A stretch of DNA of 60,397 nucleotides, filler included, from Basidiobolus ranarum (Eukaryota): NCBI GenBank assembly GCA_040143965.1. It is 12 parts of 12 records of this genome, joined end to end, with 100 filler letters (N's around TTAATTAATTAA, not from the genome) between each part and the next. Parts side by side here need not be neighbours in the genome. Positions count along the whole stretch, not along the records: positions 1 to 4,953 come from JASJQH010008644.1; positions 5,054 to 10,006 come from JASJQH010008645.1; positions 10,107 to 15,054 come from JASJQH010008646.1; 9 more parts are not named here. One strand, given 5' to 3'. The position numbers and the translations under genes are program-made. The stretch's first letter is position 1. The number at the start of each line of letters is the position of its first letter. Below are positions 1 to 12,329 of this stretch, in pieces. The notes under the pieces were generated by a model. That model had not been told where the DNA came from. It searched no databases and saw nothing but the letters and a program-made list of their open reading frames with translations.

Positions 1-540
1 TATGCAGAAAGTGGATTCAGAAGAAGAACATTCAACTTGACATTCAGTCTGGTGTTGCCTGTGCAGATATCTGGGAAGAACTTAATACAGAGTGGCACAA
101 TATTGCAAGGTATCTGCCAGGTAGCTGGAAGAATGTTGATTCAGCAATGTTAATACAATGATAGGTTTAGATGGATATATTGATGCAAACTCATGTTGGA
201 TATGAGCTAAATCTTGTGTATAAAGAACTCTATAATAGTATTCAGGAGATATATATAGGAAACCAGGGATTTCAAAGGTAACTAATTGATGTTCAAGCTG
301 TCAATGTGTAAAATATGAGTTACATTATTTGCACATATGTTGATACATGGCTTTCTGAGCTGTAGCCAATCATCTGCTACTACTGTGCAAGATCTTAAGG
401 TTTCACCCCTGAAATTGAAAAAATTGATTAAAATCAAATCTACCTTGATGATTTTATGCAGGTAAGTAAATAGTAAATCAAAAATGGATTAAAATTGTGA
501 TGGTTTCCTCACAGTAACAATCCTCAAACTTCTGTTAGGG
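1..540 (+). mobile_element. CACTA-like transposon: 3' part of decayed ORF2 and 'B' terminus
   Basis: Homologous to about 5310-5854 and 54050-54588 (…ADIWEELNTEWHNIA…WKNVDSAMLIQW…). Ends …CCTCAAACTTCTGTTAGGG at 540. Confidence 0.75.
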
Positions 541-544
541 ATTG

Positions 545-2425
545 ATGAAAGTCAAACTACTGTGAAGCTACCACAGTTTTGTAACCAGAAAGATGTAGTT
601 AGAAGTGAATGTTTAGTCAAACTGGTAAGGTCAGAAAAATTTGAGGACATGCTGCTAACTATTGACCTTGTTATTCCAGTACTTACAGTAGAATCACAGA
701 AGAAGACAAAGAAGAAGACAACAGTTTTGTTAAAGACTCTTTGTTATCAGTAAGCATTAGTCCACTCATAAAACCAACAGTAAAGGAAGCAGCTTTGATG
801 ATTGTGTAGTGGAGATATCAGTTCAATCTTAACCAGCAGGTGGTTATTGATTTTTGTATACTTTTACCACAGTTGATTAGACACTTTTGCTTGCCACAGA
901 GCTGGTACAAGTGAAAAACACTTGTTGGTTGTAGGACATATAATCCCTCAAACATTAAACTGCCCTCATGTCCAAATTGTTGTTTAGCTTTCACCATTGA
1001 TCTGAAAAACCAGAACTTATGTACTGTTGGCATATAATTGGCAATTACTGAGTCAGATAAATATTGTTCTTATTAATAAAAACTCTTTGTTATTTACAGG
1101 CATTAATCCACTTATAACACTTACAGTAAAGGAAGCAGCTTTGATTATTGAGGAGTTGAGAGTGCAATCCAATCTTAGCAACCAGGTGTTTATTTGTTTG
1201 CTTACACTTTTATCACAGTTGATTGGCAATTGGTACTTGCCACAGACCTGGTACAAGTGGAAAACACTTGTCTATTGTATGACATATAATCCTTCAGTAA
1301 CTTAACTACCTTCATGTCCAATTGCTTGTTTGGAATTCACTGGTGATCTTAAGAACCTGAAGTCATGTACTGTTTGCACACAATTGTAACCATTGAATCA
1401 GGTAAATATTGTTCATATTTGGCTTACATACTGTTGAATCTCCATCTTATAGTTTTGATGAAATCACACAAATATAGATCATTGATCCATTACCAAAGTA
1501 CTCACTGTAAAGCTTATGGTATTACTAACATACCTGATGGATATCACCTCCAGAATCTGAAAAGTCAAGGTTTCTATGAGAGCATGTATGTTCATGCATT
1601 TGCATTGGCTCTGGATGATTTCCCACTGAACAAATATACCATTGGAAAGGCTTGCTGGCCAATGATTTTAATTTACCTCTATCTTGCTGAATATGCTTGC
1701 TGATCTATTGAGTCCACTCTACCAGGCATATGCATAAATACTATCAAATTCAACACTAGAATCCATGATTTTACCATCAAGAGCCCTGTCAGATTTCAAC
1801 TACTCACCAATATCAATTCACCAAGTAGTCTCTCTGGAATCAAACTTGGCATTAGCGGTTAGCATATAAATATATTGCTAAAGGGGATCAGCTGGAGCCA
1901 GTGCTTCCCATTGGACAATATGCACTTAGTCCTCAAAAATATTCCAATACTACTTAATTGGCTGTATAGTAGAAAAATCAATCTGAATGAGCCATATCAG
2001 GTAGGATCAAGGTTGGAATTCATTGGGAAAAAGCTTGAAAATATCAAGATGCCATCATCTTTTTCCTGGATTCATGTCATTATCCACTCATAAAGGCATT
2101 TATTTTGATGCACTGACTGAAAGTATTGGATTTGTCTATATTCAAGTGCAATATTTAGTTAATTTCTGCCTAAAAACTGTCAGCAACATTGGGAGTTATT
2201 TGTAGATATTGTTAATATTACTATGGCATCAACTTGCATAGGCAGATTTCAGGCAGATACAGCTACTGTGCAAAGATTTTGTAATTAGATATGAAATATT
2301 TCAATACAGATTTGAAGAACATAGACTAAAGCTTTGCTGGTATTCAAAATAATCTCTGATACACCTTTCCCAGTGCTTAGAGATCATAAGCCGTTGCTAT
2401 ACAATCTGGGAGCTCCCAATGGACA
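545..2425 (+). pseudogene. Decayed CACTA/EnSpm (CMC) transposase
   Basis: Fragments include a CPNxCLxFTGxxxxxxxCxxC Zn-type motif, FALALDxF…ACWPMIL, FPLDNMHL and PCYTIWELPM, all typical of Tnp2/Transposase_21-type proteins. Many stops and frameshifts; the N-terminal piece is tandemly duplicated (about 750-1060 and 1100-1400). Interrupted by an LTR at 2426. Confidence 0.8.
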
Positions 2426-2958
2426 TGTCATAGTAAGGGACTGGACAATGACTGGAAACAGAAACAAGAGGCTAGACAGCAGGAGGGTACTTAGGAGTAA
2501 ACCAGAAGGCAAGAGAAGACAAGATGGGACAGGGGAGATATATTGGCAAGAACACTTATTGATAACTGGCATTATTGAAACTGAGGCTTGATCAAGGAAA
2601 ACAGGGAGGTTAAATAGATACTGCAAGGTAAAACATAATACTTTGAATAGGGAGCATACAGTGGCAAGTTCAAGTATCAGGGTGTTGGGGACTACAAGAA
2701 CCAAACAAAGAAGAATGATATAATGCTCAAAAGGTGACATTCTACAGAAGGTCTTGGTAAAATTGTACTTGTTGTGGGATGATGTGATTGGTTAGGTTTA
2801 TGGAATATTCCACATATTTTGACTTCTATGCTTGGTAACCCGAATAAACTGGCTCAAGATTACCAAGAAAGGACTGTAAAGCAGATATGTTGTCCTAATC
2901 TAATAACAGAAGAATTCCATTTGTCAAGGATCAGCATGCACAGAACAGAATCATGACA
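2426..2958 (-). mobile_element. Ty3/gypsy 3' LTR (533 bp)
   Basis: TGTCA…TGACA termini. A purine-rich PPT remnant (AGGAGGCAAAC on the minus strand) abuts it, and it lies directly downstream of the gypsy pol. Homologous to 19519-20053. Confidence 0.75.
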
Positions 2959-2989
2959 GTTTGCCTCCTGTAGTGATGGCTTCCAGATA

Positions 2990-4953
2990 TTATAGGGACA
3001 GGTTTTTCTGGGTAGGCTTCATGAAACTTCTGGCCAAGCTCTTCAGAATTGGACAGCTTTTGTGCTGGTTCCTATGATTAATTGTTTGTTGAGCATCCCT
3101 TCCAATCTACTAAATGTTACAATTTATATCAATAAACTGTGAAATCTAGAATTTTGCTAACTTCATATTCAGAGCAATCTTCTACTTGGATTGCTGGTGA
3201 TGGGTTAATTGATTGGCCATGGAAGATGTTTCTGGAATGTGGCTCTAGGAGAGACATCTGAAATACATTGTGGACTTTGAAATGCTGTGGGAGTTCAAGG
3301 CAGAAGGCTACTGAATTGATTTGCTTAATAATCTTAAAAGGCACTTGTATTTTATGATACAGTTCATCACAAGGGCTATTGGTCTTGTATTTTGCTTTAA
3401 AACTAGCCATACATTATCTCCTGGCTTGATTACTAGGTTTGGTCTTTTCTTATCAGCAAAGCTCTTGTATTAGGATTGAGAATGCTCCAGCTTGAATATT
3501 TACTGTTTATGGATGTCCTTGAGGAAAGTGGCATGAATTGAGCCAGTAGAGCAAGAGTGATTTGTTGGTGGATGAATTGTCAGAGGAAGATGGAATCCAT
3601 ACTTTACAAAGTAAGGAGTTTGCTTTATTGAAGTACAATAAGAGTTGTTGTAGGCAAATTCAGCAAGAGCCAAGGTTTGTGTCCAATTTTTTTGATTATA
3701 GTTAAAGGTTCATTGCAAATGTTTTTTAAAACTTGGTGGACTCTTTGAGTTTGCCCATAATATTGGGGATGGAAAGCCATAGAGAGATTGGAAGAGTTAC
3801 CCAAGGTTTTGAGAAGACTTTACAAAATTTGAAATCAAACTGAGGTCTTTGATCAGAGATGATAGTTTCAGGAAGTCTATACAGGTGGAAGATATTTTGA
3901 GTTACTAAAGTGGCTATTTGTTTTGCATCAATTGACTCATTACAGGGCACAAAGTAGGCCATCTTTATCAGACAGTGAAAATTATCAGAATTGAATTGTA
4001 TTTGGTAGATCCAGTTAGATCCAAGATGAAATCCAGGAATACGGATTTCCACTGCTGATCAGGGATTGGAAGTGCCCATAGAAGGCCATAGGGCTGATGT
4101 CATGTAGTCTTGACTTGAGCCTAAGTAACACCTATTGAAACCTAAATCTGACAAATGCAAACATTGTTGGCAACCAATAATCCTTGTATGCTAACATATA
4201 TCATTTGGTAACTCCACAATGTCCTTCAAGTGATGAGTCATATCTTTCCTGCATGATTCTGAGTCTAAAAGTGTAGTCTGGAATATTCAGGTGCTTCTCA
4301 TAAAATCAGAAATTATTGCTGATGGAGAAATGTTGCCACAAGTTCAAGTCTGAGAGACCTTTAGGTGTATCCTGAGCTTTTGTGATTGATATAGCCAATG
4401 GGTCTTCTGATTGAAGGTTGCAGACTTCTAAACTGAATCTTCTTAAACTAGGCAGAGAAGTAGCATTTGGACTATTTGGAAGTTGGTGGTGCTCCATAAG
4501 GGAAGTATTTTGTAGGTCAAAGGCCTCATCCCCTTCTTTAGGCCAATATTCTGCTCTATGGGATAAGGCATCAGGTTTTCTTTGTTAACTACTTAGTTGA
4601 TATCAATTCACAAAATTAAAACTGGAAGAAATAAGGCCATCTTGCTTGATGGCAGTTGAGAATGTTGGTTGTACTATGGTACTGAAAACTTTTATGATCA
4701 GATAGACAGTAATTGTGTGATTTGCTCCACTCAAGTACTCTTGCCATTGTTCAAATGCAGCAATATGTGCTAACAGTTCCTGGTCATAGATATCATTGCT
4801 GATTTCTGCTCCAGAGAACTTTCTCAAGTAAAACACAATAGGGTGCAGTAAGTTTTAATCACTATACCATGACAGTACCTCTCCTAGAGCAGTATTGGAT
4901 GCATCAGTTTTACTATGGATGGGTTGTCTAGTTTTAGGAGGGCCAGGATTGGT
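2990..4953 (-). pseudogene. Decayed Ty3/gypsy pol: RNase H, integrase and C-terminal chromodomain
   Basis: RNase H (RKFSGAEISNDIYDQELLA…AFEQWQEYL), integrase core (LPETIISDQRPQF), PFKIIKQIN…LELP…KVHNVF, and chromodomain EYEVSKILD…LVDWKG…EP…FHEAYPEKP. Multiple stops. Confidence 0.9.
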
Positions 4954-5053
4954 NNNNNNNNNNNNNNNNNNNNNNNNNNNNNNNNNNNNNNNNNNNNTTA
5001 ATTAATTAANNNNNNNNNNNNNNNNNNNNNNNNNNNNNNNNNNNNNNNNNNNN
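4954..5053. other. Artificial contig spacer (44 N + TTAATTAATTAA + 44 N); the same spacer is at 10007-10106, 15055-15154, 20099-20198, 25142-25241, 30182-30281, 35222-35321, 40260-40359, 45297-45396, 50333-50432 and 55367-55466
   Basis: Identical 100-nt spacer with a six-frame stop/PacI-type linker. The segments between spacers are 4953, 4953, 4948, 4944, 4943, 4940, 4940, 4938, 4937, 4936, 4934 and 4931 bp, as expected for size-sorted contigs. Confidence 0.98.
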
Positions 5054-5854
5054 GGAAGAGTGCTAAATTTGGAAGTTGATCCAACACCTGCACATGTCAA
5101 CCACCCAAAACACCAACAAATAAAACTCACAGCTCTCCAATATTTATTTGTACCTTTCAAAGTGTTGGAATTAGCCCTAAACTTAAAGTCAAGCAAAAAG
5201 TCACACAAACACTGCAAAGCACCCTCAGTAGTGACACACTACAAGGACATACAAAAATAGTCAAAGTGCTTGAGGAGTATTTTCAAAAGTATGAAGGGAA
5301 AAACACAGTGCAAGTTAGCACAAAGTGGCTTCAGAAGAAGAACCTTCAACTTGACATTCAGTCTGGTTCTGACTGTGCAGATATCTTGCAAGAACATAAT
5401 ACAGAGTGGCACAATATTGCAGGGTATCTGCCAGATAGCTGGAAGAATGTTGATTCGGCAATTTTAATTCAATGGTTGGCCTTGAGTGAGATATTAATAC
5501 AAACTTGTGTTGGATATGAGCTAAACCTTGGGTATGAAGAACTCTGCAAAAATATTTAAGAGGGTATTCAAAGCAACTAGTGATTTCAGAGGTGACAAAG
5601 CAGTTTTCAAGCGGTAAATGTGTGAAATTTGATTCAAGTTTTTTGCACATGTGTTGATCCATGGTTCTCTGAAATTGTAGCCAATTATGTTTAACTATTT
5701 TGCAAGATCTTGTATTTTACTCCTGAAACTGAAAAAATTGAACAAAATTGAATCTTACTTGACAAATTTACATTGGTTAGCAAATGGGCAATTCAAAATG
5801 GATTAAAATTAAGATGATTTTCCTACAATAACAATCCTCAAATTTCTGCTAGGG
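5054..5854 (+). mobile_element. CACTA-like transposon ORF2 remnant and 'B' terminus
   Basis: ORFs 5060-5260 and 5266-5559 are pieces of the recurrent ORF2 protein. Ends CCTCAAATTTCTGCTAGGG at 5854. Confidence 0.75.
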
Positions 5855-6075
5855 TGTATCTCAATCTTTCTCACCAAGAAGTCTCCCTTACAGCTTTACT
5901 ACAAATACCATCAGATTATTGAACAAACAAACTAGTCCAAAATAAAGCAATACTTACTCAAAGTCCATATATTTGGTTTTGTTGCTGATATTGTGCTCAA
6001 ACAATGCAAAGTCCTATGAGTACATTGAAAAGAGCCTTTTGTTGAAAGGCTAAAATAGTCCGGAGTCTTCTATAC

Positions 6076-7800
6076 CTAAGGTTTAGCTCATATTCAACCC
6101 AAGTTGATGTCAATATCTCCATCAAAGGTCACCATTGTATCAACATTGCTGGATCAACATTCTTCCAGCTATCTGGCAGTTACCCTCCAATATTGTGAAA
6201 CACTTTATTAAGTTGATCCCAGATATCTGCACAGTCAACACCAGACTGAAAGTCAAGTTGAAGGTTCATCTGCAGCCTTTTTCTGCATACTTGAACTGCA
6301 TTTTCCCTTTGGTACTTTTGAAAATGGTCCTCAAGTACTTTTACTACTTTATACATCCTTTTAGTGTGATACTACTGAGGGTGCTTTGCAGTGTTTGGGT
6401 GGTTTTTTGCTTGCCTTTAAGTTTGGGGCTAATTTCAACACTTTGAAAAGTACTGATGAAATTGAAGAGCTGTGAGTTTATTTGCTGGTGTTTTGGGTTG
6501 TTGAAAGGTGCCAGGTTTTGGATAAGCTTCCAAATTTAGCACTCTGCCAACTGTTTTACCTAGTTCCATGTTAAAATTAAGCCTTTTTGCCAGAGCATCT
6601 GACATTGGAAATACAGATATTTGTAATGATGTGAAGAGTTTGTAAGTACAACAGTAGAGCATAAACTCACTTGCATCTTTGCTTTTCCTTGGGTATAATA
6701 ACTTCCTGCTCCTTGAGTACTTCTTTATCTGCTTGTCTTTCTTGTGGAAGTCAATAATTGCATACATTTTTGAGATGTTTCATGAATAGGCCTGTACTTG
6801 CCCAATTGCCATTTGCTGACAAAAACCTGGATAAGCCACATGAAATAAGTCAAGTACCTTCAGAGTAATGCCTGGTTTTCAGTTTTTCCAGAATTGGCTG
6901 TAATTGAGGTGATCTGGGGCAAGATTCCCCACAGTTTCCAAATTTAAAGGACTTATCATCAGAGCTAGTAGAGCAGCTCCAACATTGAAAATGTATGATT
7001 TGCTGGTTTTCCTATGAGATATTTACTTTCATGTACCCAAGCAATTTTGGGTTGTTGTGTAGGCTTAATGGTTGAACTCATATTGTGCTCTGATAGATTG
7101 TCACAGTGATGTTGAAATACATGGTATGGGATTGATTGAAATCCCATATGTGAATGTATAGAGGGGGTACAGTATTGCTGTAGCTCAAGTACAGCATTTT
7201 GAAGTACTTGTATCATTGTTGAGTGACTCTCTCACAGTGCACCAGTTGCTTCAGAATGCTGCATTAACTGGAATATTGTGTCATTATTGCCTGTCATGGC
7301 CTGTATAGCAACTTTGTAGTTTTTACTTATGATTGCAAACAAATCATTATCATGCTCTGCCTGAGATTTCTTTGTTGTAATATTTCCAACTAAAGTTTCT
7401 GCCAAGGGGTGTTCATTGGTTGAAAAGTACGCATTTTCGAAGTTGATGGTCTTGGTGGTGTTTTGGTTGAACTTTGCTAAACTATTGATTTACTATGTAT
7501 TTGAGAGATAACAATCTCTTGACTTGACCTATTGCTGGAAAGGAATTCATCAGGTTAATCATTTAATGCTTCTTCATTACTTGAGCAAGTTTCTAGCATG
7601 CTTATGCTTTCCAAAGTGTATAGTGGATTGTTAGACTGGTCATCAATTAAGTTCTCTGTTCTTGCTGGTTTTTTCCCTTTGTGCCAGCAGCCTTTTGCTT
7701 GGTAGCTGATTTTGATTTAGACTTTGAAGGCTTTTTGAATGTCATTTATTTTTTTGGATTATAAACTTGACATAATGAAATTACTTAGTGACAGCTTATA
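6076..7800 (-). pseudogene. Decayed ORF2 of the CACTA-like element (near full length)
   Basis: Reverse-complement homolog of 52600-54300. ORF 6435-6767 (YAIIDFHKKDKQIKKYSRSRKLLYPRK…) and ORF 6965-7216 belong to it. Divergent from the transposase at 8090. Confidence 0.7.
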
Positions 7801-8089
7801 ATAAACAAAAATTGCCATCTATTGCCGGTAAAAGCTTGTAAATCCTCTGATGACTCATCTGTGATGCTATTGTAGAACCAGCTGATGTTAATGATGGGAT
7901 ATACCTAAAAATCACCCTTGCACAGCAGTTGTTCTTTTCTACAACATCACTCTCAAGCTGCAACACAAACAATGAAAGAAGCCCTGCTATTATTGACACA
8001 AATTCTTGGGCTGTGAAAGCTGAAGGCTTCATGGAAAAAGTAATCACAAGCATGGTTATTTTACAAAGCCACCAGCTGCACAAAGCCTG

Positions 8090-9814
8090 GTGAATATCAA
8101 CAGTAATAAATGCACAAAATTGACTTTAGTTTTGCCCACTGAGTCCACTGACTGTACTTTGCCTCAAAGTTTTGGTAACACTGCCAAAAGTCAAGATACC
8201 ATGGAGTTACCACAGATATATGACCAGAATGATGTAACTAGAAATGCAACTTTGGTCAAACCAGTAAGTCCAGACAACTCTGAGGACATGCTGCTACATG
8301 TTGACCTTGGTTATTCCAGTACTTATGGTAGAATAAGAGCACAAAATCTACTTAAGTTTTGCCCAATGAGTCCACTGGCTGTGCTTTATCTCAGAGCTTT
8401 AGAGTCAAGATACCATGGAGGTGCCACTATTATATGACCAGAATGATGTAGGTAGAAATGTAACTTTGGTTAAACCAGTGAGTCCAGATAGCTTTAGGGA
8501 CATGTTGATAGATGTAGTCCTTTGTTATTCCAGTACTGATGGTAGTATATCAGAAAATGTAGAAGAGGATAGCAGTTTTGTCAAGGACTCTTTGTTAATG
8601 GCAAGTATTAGTCCACTCACAACACTTGGAGAAAAGGAAGCACCTTTGATTAGTGAGGAGTGGAGAGTTCAATCCAATCTTAGGAACCAGGTGTTTATTG
8701 GTCCTCTTATACTTTTGCCACATTAGTTGGCAACTGTTACTTGCCACAAACCTGATGCAAGTGGAAAGTACTTGTCAATTGTATGAATTAAAATCCTTAG
8801 GTAATTAAACTACCTTCATGTCCAAATAAACCATCTTCATATTGAAATGGTTGTTTGGCTTTCACTGGTGATGTGAAAAACCTGAAGTCATGTACTGTGT
8901 GCACATAATTGGCAAATATAAATCATTGATCCATTGCCAAAGTACTAAATCTAAAGCTTATGGCATTATCAATATACTGGATGGATATCACTACCAGAAT
9001 CTGAGGAGTCAAGGTTTATTTTGAGAACATGTATGTTCATACATTTGCATTAGCTCATGATGGTTTCTCACTTAACAAATATACCATTGGAAAGGCTTGC
9101 TGACCTATAATTTTAATGAACTTAGATCTTTCTCCTTGTGAGCAGTATAAGAGTCATAATATTTTGATACTATCCATCAGTTCTGTACCCAAATCAACAG
9201 TTTCTGCAGATAGCTTCTTGGACCTTTTGATTGTGGAGCTTGAATGGTTATCTAACAAGGTTTGGATAGGTGAATATTTCTTTAAAGATAATATCATTGT
9301 ATGTATTTGTGCCACCCTGGCCATCAGTAAACTTGGAGGTTTTTGCAGGCACAATGCACTAACTGGCTGGAGATTTTGTCAAATCAATTAAGTTTGCTCT
9401 ACTAGGCATACACACTAAAGCTATCCAAATACAACACTGAGCTCCATGATTTTACCATCAAGAGCCCAGTCAGATTTCAACATCATCTCTGATTTTAATT
9501 TACAAAATAGTGTAACAAACATCAAACTTGGGATTAGCCATAAACTCAGGATTATCTTGCTAAAGGGGATCAGTTGGAGCCAGAGCTTCCCCTTAGGAAC
9601 TATGCACTTAGTATTTGTCTATATTACAATACTGCTTACTCAGCAATATAGTGGACAATTTGATATGAATAAGCTATTCATCATAGGCTCAAATTTAGAA
9701 TGAATTGGCAAAATGCTTGAAAACATCAATATACCATCCCATTTTACCAGGACTACCATCAATATCCACTCATCTATGCATTTATTGAAAAACAAAGACT
9801 GGAAGAATTGGATT
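8090..9814 (+). pseudogene. Decayed CACTA/EnSpm transposase
   Basis: MNLDLSPCEQYKSHNILILSISSVPKS…DSFLDLLIVEL, LGGFCRHNALTGWRFC, FPLGTMHL and KDWKNWI. A ~220-bp tandem duplication lies near 8130-8550. Cut at 9815 by another copy's terminus. Confidence 0.8.
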
Positions 9815-10006
9815 CCCTCACAAAAATAAAATTGAGTTTTGATCTGGATAGGATCCACCCTTCTGCATTACAAAACCATCAGAGAACCATCACAGTATTG
9901 ATGGCTTATATTTTGCCAGGGATGTTGATGATGTGATGATGGCTTCTTGATGGTATTCATACATGTAAAAGTATTGCTCCTCATATTTGCATGGGTTATT
10001 TAATTT
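9815..10006 (-). mobile_element. 'A' terminus of the CACTA-like element, inserted into another copy
   Basis: CCCTCACAAAAATAAAATTG…GGATCCACCC…, homologous to 15520-15653 (rc), 18309-18450 and 50433-50541 (rc). Confidence 0.75.
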
Positions 10007-10106
10007 NNNNNNNNNNNNNNNNNNNNNNNNNNNNNNNNNNNNNNNNNNNNTTAATTAATTAANNNNNNNNNNNNNNNNNNNNNNNNNNNNNNNNNNNNNN
10101 NNNNNN

Positions 10107-10822
10107 TTACATTTTCTCAGCTCCCATTTTTTCATACTCTCATGAACATATAAAGTGATCTCCTCTTGTGTAACCATTTGAGCCTGCTGATATTCTTCTA
10201 CCTTGTTGTCAAAATCTAGCTTTACAGCTCTGTATTCATCCAATTGCTTCTCAAAATATATATGCCTTCTTAGTTGTTGCTTGATGCTATAAACATCATT
10301 TTGGTATTGTTCAAAGAGTGCTTGATACTCTTGAAACTTTACAGTAATGTCACTTCTTTGCTCCAGTGGATATTTATCAGGATGGATATGAATTAAGGTT
10401 GCCCTGTAGAACTTCTGAATATCATTCCTTGTGATAAAATGTGGATGCTTAAGTTGCTCTGGAATAAGCTCCCATATTATGGTAAACATGTTGTTTTTTG
10501 GAGATCTAGGTTTCTTTGGTTCAGGTGGCAAAGCTTCTGAAGTATGGAGTGCCGCTTTTTTTGTTATTAGTACTGAGTGTGCTATACTATGGTAGTAGTG
10601 CTCAGCCCTCTTTCTCTGCTCTGCTTCCTTATGCTTTTTATAGTAGGTACTTGCTGCAAGATGCTTGGCTTGAGTCTTTTCTTCAGCACTTCTCTTGCTC
10701 CTTGTCTTCAGTTTACTAGTCAATATTGGTATGCCTTCTTCTGGATGTTGAGAACGGATGTGTCTAAACATATTGCTTTGTGTTGCAAATTGTTTGGAGC
10801 ATAACTCACAATATACAGTCAT
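10107..10822 (-). CDS. C2H2 zinc-finger + J-domain-like (HPDK) protein; 3'-truncated by the contig end
   Basis: Open for at least 238 codons from the ATG at 10822. N-terminal CELCSKQFATQSNMFRHIRSQH, a basic helical region, then IQKFYRATLIHIHPDKYP…ITVKFQEYQALFE (helix II-HPD-helix III of a J-domain; HPDK at 10384-10373) and a coiled-coil tail. Confidence 0.75.
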
Positions 10823-12329
10823 GTTGATGAAATTAATAAAGGGACAAGTTGGTTTCCTGAGTTGAGAAAGAGTAAAAGTATGGTGAGTGCTTTTAAATCA
10901 AAAGGTTTAGTCATCTGATCATTGCAGATCTCTCAATACATATCAAAACACTATACTTTCATAAAAGAAATCATTTGTTAGGACTGATCAAACTTTATTT
11001 CCAACATAAACAATTAGTGTATCTTAATTTCTCACAAGAGAATTGTCTCTTCATACTCAGAAGTGTTGATAATTTTAGATTTGCCAGAGTAATAGGCACA
11101 ACACGCTATTAATCTATATCTGCTCATAAGCTCATTCACAAACAAATACTGGATTCAGTGTGAAATACACTAATAAATGTAGCTTCAAGTCTGACATAGA
11201 TATTACACATGAACTTGAGTAAAACTCAAGGTGTTGCAAGTAATTAGCTTCCTCTGAAGTCTACAAGTGTGTTCAAAGATTTTCTTATATGAAAAAGCCC
11301 ACAATCACAGAAGAAACCTGTACTATAAGTATCACAACTGTATGGTTGGATAAGCATAAGGAAAGCTTTTGATAAATGAAAACACCCTAAAGACATGATA
11401 TATATGAGTTATGCATGTATTTCTAACATACATCTACTCTATTTATAATGTAGTTGCTATTATATACCTGCTTTCCTATTATTACAAGATATTGTGGAAT
11501 GAATTGAGTCAACATATTAAGTGTAACCAATCTAATAAACTTACCTTCATCCACACTTAAGTGAATTTGATACAAAAAAACCTTCATTTGTCAATACAAA
11601 CAAACTTAGACAGATCAAATACCATATTTATCAGAATTTGCAAAATCTTCATTTTCTTTTAGATAGTATGAATAATATTCCCATGTTCATCTCTATATAA
11701 AGACTAATACCAGCATACATGAAACCTTACTATAAAACCTGTTTACTTAAGATCAATGAGCACATGTTGTTTCTGGTATTAAATTAACCTTAATTTGCAA
11801 ACATTATAAAATAAATAGTTTTGTACAGTTATGTATGGCTAATTAATCCAATAATAGTATATTGTTACTCTAAGGATCAACAAGCCACCAAAGTTACATT
11901 AGTGTGTAAGTTAAACTTATCTCAGGATTCTGAATTCCCACCAAAGTTCCTGAAATATCCCAAAATGAGAAGTTCATTAGTTACAATTTTTACCAGATTG
12001 CTAATTATTAAACCAATTGCCAAGTTTTAAGTACTTATATCTTTACAAAAATTATATATAGCTCAAAAATTGACATAATTGGTAGGTTCAATATTACCAC
12101 AAGTAGTGAAAAGATGCTATAGACCAACATGATATTTGATTTGCAAGTATACATGTAGAGAAAATCTGATAATAATTGAAACAAGAGCAATTTTCAGGTT
12201 TTCACTAAATGGTAAAGGTCAAAGTATTCATAATATCAGGAGTTTAGAATTTTTGGACAGTAGTGAGGGGTCTATAAAGATCCACATAATGAAACATTAA
12301 AGACATTATAAGGTTCCAAAATATACCAA

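Noticed and set aside
4998..5009. TTAATTAATTAA as a biological repeat or recombination site
   Set aside because: Always centred within N runs; it is an assembly linker.
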